Position numbers and translations under genes: made by a program. The notes under the pieces were generated by a model. The model worked only from the letters and a program-made list of their open reading frames with translations. It did not search any database and was not told where the DNA came from. DNA of 53,893 bases from a virus (taxonomy: Duplodnaviria > Caudoviricetes), in IMG/VR virus record IMGVR_UViG_3300036760_000504, positions 1 through 53,893 of that record, one strand, 5' to 3'. Of this stretch, positions 42,270 to 53,088 are shown piece after piece; within the stretch, counting starts at the first letter, position 1, and every line of letters starts with the position of its first letter.

Positions 42270-43886
42270 GTGGCAATGGAAGCAACGGTTTACCGAGTTC
42301 GGCCGGGATACATCATTCACCTGCCTTTCAAGCAGATGCTCCGGGGAGGGGACCTTTTGGAGAACCCCTCCCCCGAGCTGGTTACGAATAATGCCTGGAA
42401 GCTGGAGCAGCTGTACTCAGTTACCACTCCGCCTACTGACATTTTAGAGAGACAGAAATGGGAGGAAGAGACTCATCGGCAATGGGAAGCAGAGACGGCT
42501 AAAAGTATTGACAGCAAACCAGACCGTCAAGCTCCCGTGGTTGATCTGACTCTCACATCGAACCGCGCATGGCAGGGGCGTCGCTGCTTTATCATCGGTG
42601 GCGGCCCGAGCCTTGCCGGGTTCGACTTCTCTCAACTCCGGGGCGAGCTGGTGATCGGGATTAACCGGGCATTCGAGAAGATTGACCCGGCAGTTATTTT
42701 CTCAATGGACAGCCGGCTTTATACCTGGATCAAAAACGGGATGCTTGGCCAGGAAGCATTCGAAAAATACGAAAAGTCAGCCGCGCGCAAAATTTGGGTG
42801 GACACCCACAGCTTTAAGTTTGGCCCAGAAGTTTTAACCGTGCCGCGCCTGGAAGGAGTCGGGATCGGGCGGTCTCTATCCGGCGGGCTTTACACCGGGT
42901 CCAACTCCGGCCTGGCTGCGTTGAACCTGGCCGTGGTGCTGGGGGCCAACCCGATTTACCTCCTGGGGTTTGACCTCATCTCCCGGGACCAATTTCAGCA
43001 GTGGTGGCATGACGGCTACCCAACGGTCCAACGGGACAAGGTTTACCAGACCTTCAGGGAAGAATTTGAAGAGGTGGCGCCGGCGCTGAAAAAAATGGGT
43101 GTGAGCGTGATCAACCTCAACCCGAAATCGGGTTTGACATGCTTCGATTTCGGCAAGATGCCGGAGACCCCGCAGCCCGTTGAAGACAAGGTGACGGTCG
43201 TCACCCCCACCGGGGACCGGCCCGAGGCCCTGGAGCTTTTGAGGCGCTGGATAGCCTCCCAGACCCGGAAGCCTGACCAGTGGCTCATCGTTGACGACGG
43301 GAAGCATCGCATCAAGCCCCGGAGAATACCTGAGGCAACGGTGGTCCGCCGGAAGCCGCGGCCCGATGATCCGCCCTGCACCCTGGGGAAAAACCTCGAG
43401 GCCATCTTGCCCCTGGTTGCCCATGACAAGGTGCTGATCATGGAAGACGATGATTGGTACGGGCCGGAGTACATCGAAACCATGGCGGCACTCCTGGACG
43501 CCCACGAGCTGGTGGGAATCTCAGGCACCAAATATTATCACCCGGGCATTCCTGGGTTCAGGGAGATGGGCGGGGGAGACCATGCTTCCCTGTCGCAGAC
43601 CGGTTTTCGCAAGTCGGCAATCCCGGAGGTGCTTAAGGCTATCCCGGGGGACGGTGTGCTCCCGGATTGCTCGGTTGACCTGCGGCTCTGGCAAAATTGC
43701 CACGGCCAGGGGCAACTGATCCCCGGTAAGGGGCGGCAGCTTCATTGCTCGATCAAGGGCCTGCCCGGGCGTCCAGGGGCAGGTGTGGGGCACGACAAGC
43801 GGTTCTACACCCAGGACAACAACCTGAGCAAGTTCAGGGAATGGTGCGGCGACGTGGAGGCCTATCGTGGCTTTATCAAAGGCTGA
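42270..43886 (+). CDS. DUF115/MAF-like domain fused to a GT-A glycosyltransferase
   Basis: CFIIGGGPSL..IGINR..SNSG..ALNLA..IYLLGFD; then VVTPTGDRP..WLIVDDG..MEDDDWY. Confidence 0.75.
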   Translation: MAMEATVYRVRPGYIIHLPFKQMLRGGDLLENPSPELVTNNAWKLEQLYSVTTPPTDILERQKWEEETHRQWEAETAKSIDSKPDRQAPVVDLTLTSNRAWQGRRCFIIGGGPSLAGFDFSQLRGELVIGINRAFEKIDPAVIFSMDSRLYTWIKNGMLGQEAFEKYEKSAARKIWVDTHSFKFGPEVLTVPRLEGVGIGRSLSGGLYTGSNSGLAALNLAVVLGANPIYLLGFDLISRDQFQQWWHDGYPTVQRDKVYQTFREEFEEVAPALKKMGVSVINLNPKSGLTCFDFGKMPETPQPVEDKVTVVTPTGDRPEALELLRRWIASQTRKPDQWLIVDDGKHRIKPRRIPEATVVRRKPRPDDPPCTLGKNLEAILPLVAHDKVLIMEDDDWYGPEYIETMAALLDAHELVGISGTKYYHPGIPGFREMGGGDHASLSQTGFRKSAIPEVLKAIPGDGVLPDCSVDLRLWQNCHGQGQLIPGKGRQLHCSIKGLPGRPGAGVGHDKRFYTQDNNLSKFREWCGDVEAYRGFIKG

Positions 43887-44568
43887 CAGGCTGGTGGTTT
43901 ACACCGCCATCGCCGGGAGCGGGCGGGATGCACTCCTTGACCCTACCCCCGCCCCTGGGGTGGACTATGTTTGCTTCACTGACCAGCCTTTGGTCTCCCA
44001 AGTCTGGGATATTCGCCCTTTTGAATATGTGCATCCAGTCGAAGCTGTGCGTACCGCCAAGCACCCCAAGGTGTTGCCCCACAAATATTTTCCCGGCCAT
44101 GGCATGAGCGTCTGGGTGGACGGGAATATCACCCCCGGGGCTGACATTGCCTGGATCGCGCGGGAATATCTGGCCCAGCGCGACATAGCTGTTTACCGGC
44201 ATCCAAGGCGGACTTGCCTCTATAAAGAGGCTGCCCTGGTAGCCAGCCAAAAAAATGACTTCCCGGAGTTGATCGAAACCGTTGTGCAGCGGTATTTCGC
44301 AGCCGGAGTCCCGCCGAGGGCCGGTCTTTATGAGTGCGGCGTGCTCTTTAGGCGCCACCAGGCCCCGGCAGTCAAGGCGGCCATGAAACTCTGGTGGCAG
44401 GAACTCAGCACCGGGACGCAATCGGATCAAATCTCCTGGGCTTACGTCATGTGGAAAACCGGTCTGGGGGCAAACGTCATCGAGGGCGACCTGAGAAAAA
44501 GCCCGCACTGGGCTTACCGCCCTCACGAGATGATCAAATGGGGAAGGACTGCATGTTCCAACTCGTGA
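43867..44568 (+). CDS. DUF616-like glycosyltransferase
   Basis: VVYTAI..DYVCFTD..KVLPHKYFP..SVWVDGN..HP.RTCLY.E..DQIS. Confidence 0.8.
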   Translation: MALSKADRLVVYTAIAGSGRDALLDPTPAPGVDYVCFTDQPLVSQVWDIRPFEYVHPVEAVRTAKHPKVLPHKYFPGHGMSVWVDGNITPGADIAWIAREYLAQRDIAVYRHPRRTCLYKEAALVASQKNDFPELIETVVQRYFAAGVPPRAGLYECGVLFRRHQAPAVKAAMKLWWQELSTGTQSDQISWAYVMWKTGLGANVIEGDLRKSPHWAYRPHEMIKWGRTACSNS

Positions 44569-45320
44569 CCTACATCATAGCGACCTGGAACCGCAAAGAC
44601 GCCTTGAAGCGGCACCTTGACCTGTTGATGCAGCAGACCTGGCCGCATTGGTTCGAGGTGATCGTTTGCGATGACGGGTCCACTGATGGAACCCAGGAAA
44701 TGTTGGGCGAGTTGAAGAACACGCACAAATATACCATCCAGTGGTTCGACACGGGGAACGTCGATAAGGCCTGCCCCGCTCAGTCCAGAAACAACGGCAT
44801 CCGGGCGGGCAAGGGCGAGATCATCATAATGGTTGACGATGACTGTCTGCCTCATAACCGGCTCATCGAATCTTTTGCCGGGAACTATGATCCGCGAGAA
44901 GTTCAATGCGGCCACAAGTCGAACCATGAAAGCTATTTGTCTATGCCCCTGCCGGTCCCCATTGAAGAAGGGCAAATGACCATCTGGTGGAATGACTGGC
45001 AGGCCGGGCGATTCGGCCATTTTCAGACCAATAGTTGCTGCATGTCGGCCAAGGCCGCCCGGACCCGGGCCAAAGATGGGAGTATCGGGTTTGACGAGCG
45101 GTTTGTGGGTTACGGGCATGAGGATACGGAGTTTGGGCTCCGCCTCTATTCCGCAGGCTACAAGCCCGTTTTCAATCCTGACGCGGTGGTCTGGCACATG
45201 AACCCATCCCTTGCCCCACAACAGGATCACCCGTGGAAGGAAGCTGAGAAGATCAAAAGCCAGGACTTAATGAGAAGAATCTTAGCGGAACCCTGGCCGG
45301 TCTATCCTGCACCGGCATGA
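44553..45320 (+). CDS. Glycosyltransferase family 2
   Basis: IIATWNR, EVIVCDDGSTDGT, SRNNGI, MVDDD, GFDERFVGYGHEDTE. Confidence 0.9.
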   Translation: MFQLVTYIIATWNRKDALKRHLDLLMQQTWPHWFEVIVCDDGSTDGTQEMLGELKNTHKYTIQWFDTGNVDKACPAQSRNNGIRAGKGEIIIMVDDDCLPHNRLIESFAGNYDPREVQCGHKSNHESYLSMPLPVPIEEGQMTIWWNDWQAGRFGHFQTNSCCMSAKAARTRAKDGSIGFDERFVGYGHEDTEFGLRLYSAGYKPVFNPDAVVWHMNPSLAPQQDHPWKEAEKIKSQDLMRRILAEPWPVYPAPA

Positions 45321-45326
45321 TCGGTC

Positions 45327-45611
45327 ATGGCCGACATCGAAGCATGGCTCCCGAAGACAGTCAAGATGATCGCGGGCCATGATTATGAGGCAAAGCAGCA
45401 CCCCGGCGTAGTCCAGGCAGTTGACGAAATGTTCGTCGGTGCCCATGGCCTTGTTGATACCATCTGGTTTGTGAGATTGGAACTCATGAAAGAGAAACCC
45501 GAAGATAAAGATGGCACTGAAGGCAAGGCCAATGCCAGGGAGATTAAGCGCCCGCCCCAGGACCGCATGATTAAGGAACCGCCGGAGAGAAAGGATTATA
45601 AGGATGCGTGA
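45327..45611 (+). pseudogene. Truncated class I methyltransferase C-terminus fused to a charged tail
   Basis: DIEAWLPK..IAGHDY..PGVVQAVDE with no SAM-binding N-terminus; ends RPPQDRMIK. Confidence 0.5.
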
Positions 45612-45747
45612 CCATGCAAGCTCTGGTGAATGAAGCTGAGGCCCTTGAATCTGGTAAAGACCCTGACAATGAGGTTTATCAGAAGATCATTGCAGACTTA
45701 CTGGCGGGCGAGTGCACCTGGTTTGGAAAGCGCCCGGGGGTTAAATA

Positions 45748-48216
45748 ATGGCCACTTATACATCAACTCAAGCTGGTGATTGGAATGATCCCGCCACTTG
45801 GGGCGGCGGCGGATACCCCTCAGCTGCCGGAGACCTGGCTGTCATCGGCCATGCGGTTAATTATAACGTTTCTCACGCCTTTGTAGATATTGACGGTATG
45901 ACGAAGGCCAACCCCGGCGTAGTGTCTCAAACCGCACACGGGTTTCTATCGGACGACATTATTCAATTCCGTGGGATAACCCAGGACCCGACTCTCTCTA
46001 CCCAATGGGTGGCGATGAATAACCAGGGATATATTGTCGTAAAAATTGACAATAATTCCTATTCCCTGAAAACCTTGGCAGGAGTTGCGGTAGACACCTC
46101 CACTTTTACGAACGCCCTCGCCGCCGGCGATCCTGGCCAGGTACGGAAGCTGATACCATTAGGCACCGGCACCAGTGATGCGATTACCATTAATTCAGGC
46201 GGCGTGCTTAGTTTTGATAAAACTATGAACACCGATTTAACCCTGGCTCATAATGATATTAAAACTAATAACGGAGGCGAGTTCAGAGTTGGCAGTTCCG
46301 GCGGAAACAAAATCCCGAAACAATTCCTCGCTGAGGTTATGTTTATCAACACGGCGGATAACGCCAAGGGGTTAAATTTTGCTGATGGCGGCAAATTCAC
46401 CGCCTACGGCGACCCAAGTTACTTTGGGTCTGACTATCACTCAGTCCTCAAATATGGCGATATTGGAGGGTTAACCAGCACCTCGCCGGTAACCGTTACC
46501 TGGACCGGACATGGCCTTAGCAACGGGGACTATGTCTCTTTTGCTAATATTGCTCAGGCCGATTGGTCAACGCTTAATCAAGTAGCTTTCCAAATCACAT
46601 GGGTTTCTGCTGATACGTTTACTATTGTAAAAAATGCCGCTGCTTATGCTGCTTACAATACTGCCGACCCCGGCCTTGTGGGGTATGCTGCGGTTATCCC
46701 TGCCGCCGGAAATTCGGTTACTCTCAGGATTGCCGGAGACTTCACCACCAAATGGATTGCAGGTCAAGAACTCCTGGTACACAAAGGCGGGAACTACGCT
46801 AATGTCAGCAATGATTTTTGCCGTCTGGCCATTACCTCTGTTGCTGCCAATGGAAGCAATACTGATGTAGCTTGCACCGTCACTGAAAGGCCCGCTGCGT
46901 CATTAACCTGTTTAGTTAGCGCCGATGTGCTCAACGTCAGCCGCAACGTCATGTTTTACAAACTTGGCTACAATCCCAACCTTGGCCAAATTCAGACAAT
47001 TCGCCCAAGATTAGCCAATGCCAATGCGGCTGGAACCAGCAACATGAATATTCACGATGTTATGTTTGGCGGATGGTATACTGCTATTAGTGGAAACAAT
47101 GTGATATTTGAAGGCGTTATCAGAAACGGGTTTAGAAATGGTGGTACATTATGTACAATAACTGGAATAATAATGGCACATAGTGATGCCTTTTATGGTT
47201 TAATAAATTCATCATTTAATGGTTATATTGTAAATGGTGGTACAATTCAGGGTGGTAGAGAAGGCAGTGTGTCAGGAAATATTTATGGTTGCAATACTGC
47301 ACTCAATGCTCCTATGAACCATATATATGCCAACGTCTATTCTTGTTCAGTTGGATTGGCAAGTGGTGACGGAGCAATAATGACTGGAAATCTGGGCTTT
47401 AATGGAGCCGGGATTGCAATGGCAAATGCCACTACTTTAAACTTTGGCGGTGGAGGTGTAAGTAATGCCAGTCCAATTCCTGATGCAATCTTGATAAATA
47501 GTAAGACGCCAAGCACATTAGTAATAACAAATCGCAATAATCTCATATATGTTGGCCGGTATAGATTTGAGCACTACCAGCAGGTAGCCAATACCCATTA
47601 TATCTGCAATGCCTATGGGGATGTTTTCAAAGTGCCAACTGGCGGCGTAGGCCCGGACGGCGTAAACGATAACCCAACCCAGCGAAGCGGTGGTAACGCC
47701 GATGTCATAAAAGCCTGCAATATACAGACCAACTGCTCTGCCTCTAACTATTTGGAACTTTTCAATATCCGCCTATGGGCCGAAGCAAGTGTTAGCAAGA
47801 CCTATCGCTTCTATGTGCAAACCACCTATGCCACAGGAAGCCCCCCTCTGCCAACCGCCTCTTTCAAGCTCTACGGCGAATATCTTGACCAAGGAAGCGG
47901 GGGACGCCTGGCCACGGTTTCCTCAACTCAGGATATTGCTACCAGAGCTAACGCCGCCGATTGGACTCAGTATGTAGAAGTGACAATTAATCCGGCGCAG
48001 ACAGGATATATCAACCTTTATCTCCGGCTCATGGAGTATGAATCAGGCAATAAGGTGTGGATAGACCCGATGGTCGCCATAACTGGCGGCAATGCCGTAA
48101 CCGTAACGCCGAGATGGAGTTATGGAGAGGTGCAGTTAGATATTGACCCGGTGGGCGGAGGTGGAGGTGGAGGTCTGTTAACTCATCCTGGGATGAGAGG
48201 AGGATTAAACGGATGA
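45748..48216 (+). CDS. Large beta-rich virion protein (possible head fibre/spike)
   Basis: GDWNDPATW..P start, two T.A.P.VV...HG...D repeats, Asn/Gly-rich beta-helix-like AT-rich centre, poly-Gly tail. Confidence 0.55.
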   Translation: MATYTSTQAGDWNDPATWGGGGYPSAAGDLAVIGHAVNYNVSHAFVDIDGMTKANPGVVSQTAHGFLSDDIIQFRGITQDPTLSTQWVAMNNQGYIVVKIDNNSYSLKTLAGVAVDTSTFTNALAAGDPGQVRKLIPLGTGTSDAITINSGGVLSFDKTMNTDLTLAHNDIKTNNGGEFRVGSSGGNKIPKQFLAEVMFINTADNAKGLNFADGGKFTAYGDPSYFGSDYHSVLKYGDIGGLTSTSPVTVTWTGHGLSNGDYVSFANIAQADWSTLNQVAFQITWVSADTFTIVKNAAAYAAYNTADPGLVGYAAVIPAAGNSVTLRIAGDFTTKWIAGQELLVHKGGNYANVSNDFCRLAITSVAANGSNTDVACTVTERPAASLTCLVSADVLNVSRNVMFYKLGYNPNLGQIQTIRPRLANANAAGTSNMNIHDVMFGGWYTAISGNNVIFEGVIRNGFRNGGTLCTITGIIMAHSDAFYGLINSSFNGYIVNGGTIQGGREGSVSGNIYGCNTALNAPMNHIYANVYSCSVGLASGDGAIMTGNLGFNGAGIAMANATTLNFGGGGVSNASPIPDAILINSKTPSTLVITNRNNLIYVGRYRFEHYQQVANTHYICNAYGDVFKVPTGGVGPDGVNDNPTQRSGGNADVIKACNIQTNCSASNYLELFNIRLWAEASVSKTYRFYVQTTYATGSPPLPTASFKLYGEYLDQGSGGRLATVSSTQDIATRANAADWTQYVEVTINPAQTGYINLYLRLMEYESGNKVWIDPMVAITGGNAVTVTPRWSYGEVQLDIDPVGGGGGGGLLTHPGMRGGLNG

Positions 48217-49772
48217 TTTTACCTCCTGGCGTTACCTCAGTTATAAAACACGTTTTCCTCCAAGACAGCACTGTTACAACCGGGGCCGGCAAGACCGCCC
48301 TGGCCTTTGGAGACATCACCGCCTACTACGTCCGGGCTGGGGGGACGTTGACCGCATTAACACTGGAAACCATTGCCACCCTCGGTACCTGGGCCTCTGG
48401 TGGAGATAACCATCTTGGCTTCAAAAAATTAGACGATACCAATGCGCCTGGGGTCTATGAGATCCACCTCCCGAACAACATCCTGGCGGCCGGTGCTAAT
48501 CAGGTCACTATCCAGTTGAGAGCGGCTGGTGCTGCTCCCTGCAACATTGAAATCCAACTCAGAGCAGTGCCCGCTCAGGTAACAAGCCAGGACAACATCG
48601 ACTTCGGTGCCCTTCAAAAGGCTTCTCTAAACGCCGCAACCCCGGCCAGTGTGCAAAATATCCCAGCGACAGGTTCTGGATTTACGGCGCTGGGGGATAC
48701 CCGGATTGCCAACCTGGATGCGGCGGTGAGCAGCCGGTCAACTTTGACTGCCCAACAGGTTTGGGAATATACCACCCGCACATTAAGCAGCTTCGGGACA
48801 TTAGCAGCTGATGTAGCAACGGCGGTTTGGGGAGCAGGAGCCCGCACCCTTACCAGTTTCGGCACCCTGGCAGCTGATGCGGCGGCAGCGGTGTGGGCGA
48901 GTGTTACCCGGAGCCTAACCGATAAGGCCGGATTTACTATCTCGGGCGCCAAGACGACCTTGGATGCCCTACAAGATTTATCTCAGGCTGGAGCGCAGGC
49001 GGGTTCGATGGCGGCCCTCAATGCTTATGACCCCCCAACTAAGGCTGAAATGGAATCTGCGGTGTCTCCTCTGGCCTTGGAGGCCACTCTGACCGCCATT
49101 AAAGGAGGAGGCTGGAGCACTCAAACCCTGGTGGCTATATCCGCCCTGGTGGACGACCTGGAGGGGCGTCTGACGGTGGCTCGGGCCGGCTACCTGGATG
49201 AACTGGCCCCGGCAAATATCCCGGCTGATATTGATACTCTTTTGGCACGGTTGACAGCACCCCGGGCCGGGTATCTGGATAACCTCTCAGCCGGCCCGGT
49301 AGCCCTGGAAGCAAATGTCCAGACCCACGCGGCTGCGGCTCTGACCGCCTATGATCCGCCCACCAAAGCCGAGTTGGATGATGCCCAGGCAGCCATCGAG
49401 ACCGCAATCAATCACATAGTCGTACCCCCTCCTGAGGGAGTAGCCCTTGAGACCACCCTAACTGCCATGAAGGGTGCCGGGTGGACGGACGAAACTCTCA
49501 AATCAATCAAAGCAGCCGTACTTGCCCAGGCGGGCAGCGGGACCGGGGCCATCACCTGGACCTATACCCTGACCCGATCAGATAATGGCCTGCCTATTGC
49601 CGACGCGGAGGTGTGGGTAACGACGGACCTGGCAGGGGTAAACGTCATCGCCTCGGGGCGCACCGATCAGAACGGGGTATTGACTTTCCGCCTGGACGCC
49701 GGGCCGGTTTATGTCTGGCGGAAAAAAACCGGATTTAATTTCGTCAATCCAGATTTAGAGGTGGTGAGCTAA
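48213..49772 (+). CDS. Virion structural protein with internal repeats
   Basis: Repeats RTLSSFGTLAAD, AYDPPTKAE, RAGYLD, LE.TLTA.KG.GW. Confidence 0.55.
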   Translation: MILPPGVTSVIKHVFLQDSTVTTGAGKTALAFGDITAYYVRAGGTLTALTLETIATLGTWASGGDNHLGFKKLDDTNAPGVYEIHLPNNILAAGANQVTIQLRAAGAAPCNIEIQLRAVPAQVTSQDNIDFGALQKASLNAATPASVQNIPATGSGFTALGDTRIANLDAAVSSRSTLTAQQVWEYTTRTLSSFGTLAADVATAVWGAGARTLTSFGTLAADAAAAVWASVTRSLTDKAGFTISGAKTTLDALQDLSQAGAQAGSMAALNAYDPPTKAEMESAVSPLALEATLTAIKGGGWSTQTLVAISALVDDLEGRLTVARAGYLDELAPANIPADIDTLLARLTAPRAGYLDNLSAGPVALEANVQTHAAAALTAYDPPTKAELDDAQAAIETAINHIVVPPPEGVALETTLTAMKGAGWTDETLKSIKAAVLAQAGSGTGAITWTYTLTRSDNGLPIADAEVWVTTDLAGVNVIASGRTDQNGVLTFRLDAGPVYVWRKKTGFNFVNPDLEVVS

Positions 49773-50377
49773 TGGGCGGCGCAGGGACCGGGACTCCAGC
49801 TTCAGGGGCTTTTGCTTTAACTACTCTCGCCAGCGTTACGCAACTTCTCGGCGAAACCGAAGCCCTGGATGTTGACGTGCAGGCGCAACTGGAAGCTAAG
49901 ATCACTGAGATTTCGGCTCGGGCCGCACAGTTTTGTAATCGTGAGTTCGAACTGGTGGAGAGGGTATCCTATCACGACGGCGGGGGCCGGTTTCTCTTCC
50001 TGACCGAAGTGCCGGTATCCGAGGTCGCCAAAATTCTCTATTCCTACACCTGGGAATGGGAAGCGGCAACCGAGTATGGCACCTCTGACTATGCCCTGGT
50101 GAACGCCGCGGCCGGGATGATCGGGTATAAGGGCGGGGGGTGCTGGCCAGGCGGAAGCAAGGCTTACCAAGTAACCTACACCGGGGGATATGCCACTATC
50201 CCGGCGGACCTTGAAGGGGCTGTCTGTCAGCAGGTCGTCTATGAATGGCGCCGGCGCAACGACCCGGGCCTGAGTGCTGTTTCCCTCCCAGATGGCACGA
50301 TCAACAAGATGCAGGTGGGCGAATGGCTTGAGTCAGTGAAGGCCACCCTTAACCGTTACCGCGTGAGGCCTGGGTGA
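49772..50377 (+). CDS. Head-tail adaptor
   Basis: ALTTLASV..FCNREF..VTYTGGYATIPADLE..LNRYR. Confidence 0.75.
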   Translation: MGGAGTGTPASGAFALTTLASVTQLLGETEALDVDVQAQLEAKITEISARAAQFCNREFELVERVSYHDGGGRFLFLTEVPVSEVAKILYSYTWEWEAATEYGTSDYALVNAAAGMIGYKGGGCWPGGSKAYQVTYTGGYATIPADLEGAVCQQVVYEWRRRNDPGLSAVSLPDGTINKMQVGEWLESVKATLNRYRVRPG

Positions 50378-51009
50378 TGGCTGAGAAAGACGCAATTCAG
50401 AACATTGATAAGATGATCCAGACTATCATCCCCAAGGTGATCCAGGCGGTTTCCCGCACGGCCACGAAGGTTGAGGAGAAGTTGCTACGGCAGCACATGG
50501 CGGGGGCCAGCGATCATTCTCTCGCCAAGCGCACCGGGACCGCCGCCAGGAGTTTGAAGGCGGAGCCCGCCACGGCACAGGGAACCATTGTTACATCTAA
50601 GATCACCAGCGGGGTCGGTTACTTGAGGATCCATTTCACCGGCGGAACCATCAAAGCCACGAAAAAGTTCCTGACCATCCCGACTGACTTCGCCAAAACT
50701 AACGCCGGAGTCGCCAAGGGGCGGATGATTAAGGAAGGCAACACCTGGACCTTTTTGGGGATGCCGACCTTCATAGCCAAAGGGATCATTTTCGGCAAGG
50801 TCGGCGGGGCGCTGAGACGCTCTGAAGGTATCCGGCAGCGCCGGACGGCGGGGGAGAAGATGGCCCAAGGGACAATCATCCCCCTGTTCATCCTCAAGAA
50901 CTCGGTGGTCATCAAGCGCCGGATTGATCCACAGGTGGACATCGTGCAGTGGGCCAAGCCGGTTTTAACGGAGGAGCTTAAAAAGGCCGGGCTTCTCACG
51001 GTTGGGTAA
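50377..51009 (+). CDS. Neck / tail-completion protein
   Basis: LAKRTGTAARSL..IHFTGGTIKA..FLTIP; synteny. Confidence 0.6.
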   Translation: MAEKDAIQNIDKMIQTIIPKVIQAVSRTATKVEEKLLRQHMAGASDHSLAKRTGTAARSLKAEPATAQGTIVTSKITSGVGYLRIHFTGGTIKATKKFLTIPTDFAKTNAGVAKGRMIKEGNTWTFLGMPTFIAKGIIFGKVGGALRRSEGIRQRRTAGEKMAQGTIIPLFILKNSVVIKRRIDPQVDIVQWAKPVLTEELKKAGLLTVG

Positions 51010-51012
51010 ATC

Positions 51013-51474
51013 ATGGCGGATACCATTCAGACGCAGTTTATGAAAACCCTGGAAACGGCCCTGACAGCCGGGGTCGCCGGAGTTGAAAAAGTGCATCGTC
51101 GCGACCCCCAAGGGACCGATTTGGAGAAGATTAAGCGGGCTCAGCTATTTTTTTACGAGGCTGATCCTGCTACCCGGGAGCGCGGCAACCGCCATGCTGA
51201 AGGGAAATTATCTATTGAAATGGTGGCCTGGGTTCGTCTCAAGGCCGACAAAGATTATGGCTATCCAACCTTCTACGACAAAGCGGAAGAGATCGCCGCC
51301 CAGGTGTACACGGTGATGTTCGGCGCAACGGTCCTGGTCAGCCCGGTAAAAAAGGTTGAAGAGGAACTGAAGCGCCCGGCTATCGGAAATGAGTCGTTTG
51401 GCGAACTGGTCCTGCGTTACCGGGTCACCTACGGTCACGCCCTTAATAACCCCTTTACCGTCACATTAACTTAG
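51013..51474 (+). CDS. Tail terminator-like protein
   Basis: Size and position before the major tail protein. Confidence 0.55.
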   Translation: MADTIQTQFMKTLETALTAGVAGVEKVHRRDPQGTDLEKIKRAQLFFYEADPATRERGNRHAEGKLSIEMVAWVRLKADKDYGYPTFYDKAEEIAAQVYTVMFGATVLVSPVKKVEEELKRPAIGNESFGELVLRYRVTYGHALNNPFTVTLT

Positions 51475-51486
51475 GAGGATTGAACC

Positions 51487-52653
51487 ATGTCAACCCCGCC
51501 GAGCTTAAACAATATCACTGTCCCCGGTGGTATCAGCCTGCATTTCGATACTGGCACCGGGATGCGCGACCTGGGGGAAATTGTTCCCGATAGCGTGAAG
51601 ATTAAACAGAAAACCGATGAGCTGCGGATTGATTCGCAGCGGTCAGGGAAACTCCGGCTCATGGACATCATCTCCAAACGGGAAGAGTTCTCCCTGGAAT
51701 TTACCCTGATTGACCCGGTGATCGACAACCTGCGGCCTTTCCTGAAGGGCGGGGCCGTCACTGTGGTTGGCGAAGGCACCGATGCCATTGTGGACCAGAA
51801 AGCCACACTGTCCGGCATCCTGCTTACCTCCCTGGGGAAATACGGCCTCACGGCGGTCACGGTGCGCCAGTTCCTGGACAAGTGTTTCGTCTATGACGGG
51901 GCGGCCTACACCGACCGCTCGGCGGAGGCGGACACCCTGGCCGGCACCCCCTTCACCACCCTTACCGATGCGAATGACGTGCTTTATCTGGGCAAGCTCA
52001 CCCCGTTTACCGAGGTGTATTTCGACTTCGCGGTGAACGGGAATTATGGAGCCGTGGTGGTGAAATACTGGAACGGCAGCACTTGGGCGGCAGTAACCAA
52101 TCTGGGCGGCCCGGCAGCGGCCTTGGCGGCGGACGGCAAGATGTACTGGGATTTGCCAGCCGACTGGGCCACTACCATCGTCAACAGCTCTGATGCGATG
52201 TACTGGATCATGATCACGGCCACCACGCCCTGGACTACTCCGGCCACCATCAACTGCATCCGGCAAAACGCGGTCCAAAACACCGACTACATCCTGGACC
52301 CGGGCCAGGTCACCGGCGGGCTGTACACGGGCCGGGTTGGCCGGCTGGCCGGCGGGTTCCTGGCGGATGGCGAAGAGGTCATGGTGAGCTTCACCTACGC
52401 CACCTGGGAAAGCTTGAAGTTCCCCATCGGGGCAGCAGATTTTCAGCAGGGTTCGGCCCGGATGGACTTCTCTCCGGATGTCGGGCTGTCGGGAAAGTGC
52501 CATATCCACAAGTGCCGGATAAAGCCGAATGGGGATCTGGATTTTAACCCGGATAAGGAATTGCGGCTCCCAATGGTTTTGGAAGCCCTGGACAACTACG
52601 CGATCACGCCTACGTCTCCGTATGCGGATTGGGAAGCCCTGAGTGAGTCGTGA
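51487..52653 (+). CDS. Major tail tube protein with an inserted beta domain
   Basis: AGGAGG RBS; RDLGEI..KPNGDLDF tube motifs; YWNGSTW..YWIMI insert. Confidence 0.7.
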   Translation: MSTPPSLNNITVPGGISLHFDTGTGMRDLGEIVPDSVKIKQKTDELRIDSQRSGKLRLMDIISKREEFSLEFTLIDPVIDNLRPFLKGGAVTVVGEGTDAIVDQKATLSGILLTSLGKYGLTAVTVRQFLDKCFVYDGAAYTDRSAEADTLAGTPFTTLTDANDVLYLGKLTPFTEVYFDFAVNGNYGAVVVKYWNGSTWAAVTNLGGPAAALAADGKMYWDLPADWATTIVNSSDAMYWIMITATTPWTTPATINCIRQNAVQNTDYILDPGQVTGGLYTGRVGRLAGGFLADGEEVMVSFTYATWESLKFPIGAADFQQGSARMDFSPDVGLSGKCHIHKCRIKPNGDLDFNPDKELRLPMVLEALDNYAITPTSPYADWEALSES

Positions 52654-52671
52654 GCCGGGGCCGGAGGGTTA

Positions 52672-53088
52672 ATGGCTACTGGAAAAGATAAGACGGCAGC
52701 GCCGAAGGGGCCGGATGAACTTGACGTCCTACTTTCGGAAGTTGAGATCGGCCCCTATTCGATCAAGCCCTGGTCTTTCGGGCGGTTCAAAAAGGTCTAT
52801 CCGGTTTTGGTTGGGATGATCCCTGCCTTCCAGGGCCTGGGCCTGACTGCGGATAACCTTCAAGAGGAACTGACAAGCCGGGGTCTGGAAATTGTCGGGG
52901 CGGTCTTGCCGGTTGTTTCGCCCTTGGTTGCGGCCACACTGGACATCCCGGAAACGGAAGTCGATGAGATGGACTTTGAGCGAGCCGCGGTCATTGGTCT
53001 GACTATCATCGCCCAGAACGTGGGCCGGATAAAAAACTCCTTGCCCCTGATCATGGGTCAGTTCAAGTCGATGGTCAGGGCGGCTTAA
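52672..53088 (+). CDS. Tail assembly chaperone (gpG-like)
   Basis: Between tail tube and TMP; slippery A-AAA-AAC at 53031-53037. Confidence 0.75.
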   Translation: MATGKDKTAAPKGPDELDVLLSEVEIGPYSIKPWSFGRFKKVYPVLVGMIPAFQGLGLTADNLQEELTSRGLEIVGAVLPVVSPLVAATLDIPETEVDEMDFERAAVIGLTIIAQNVGRIKNSLPLIMGQFKSMVRAA

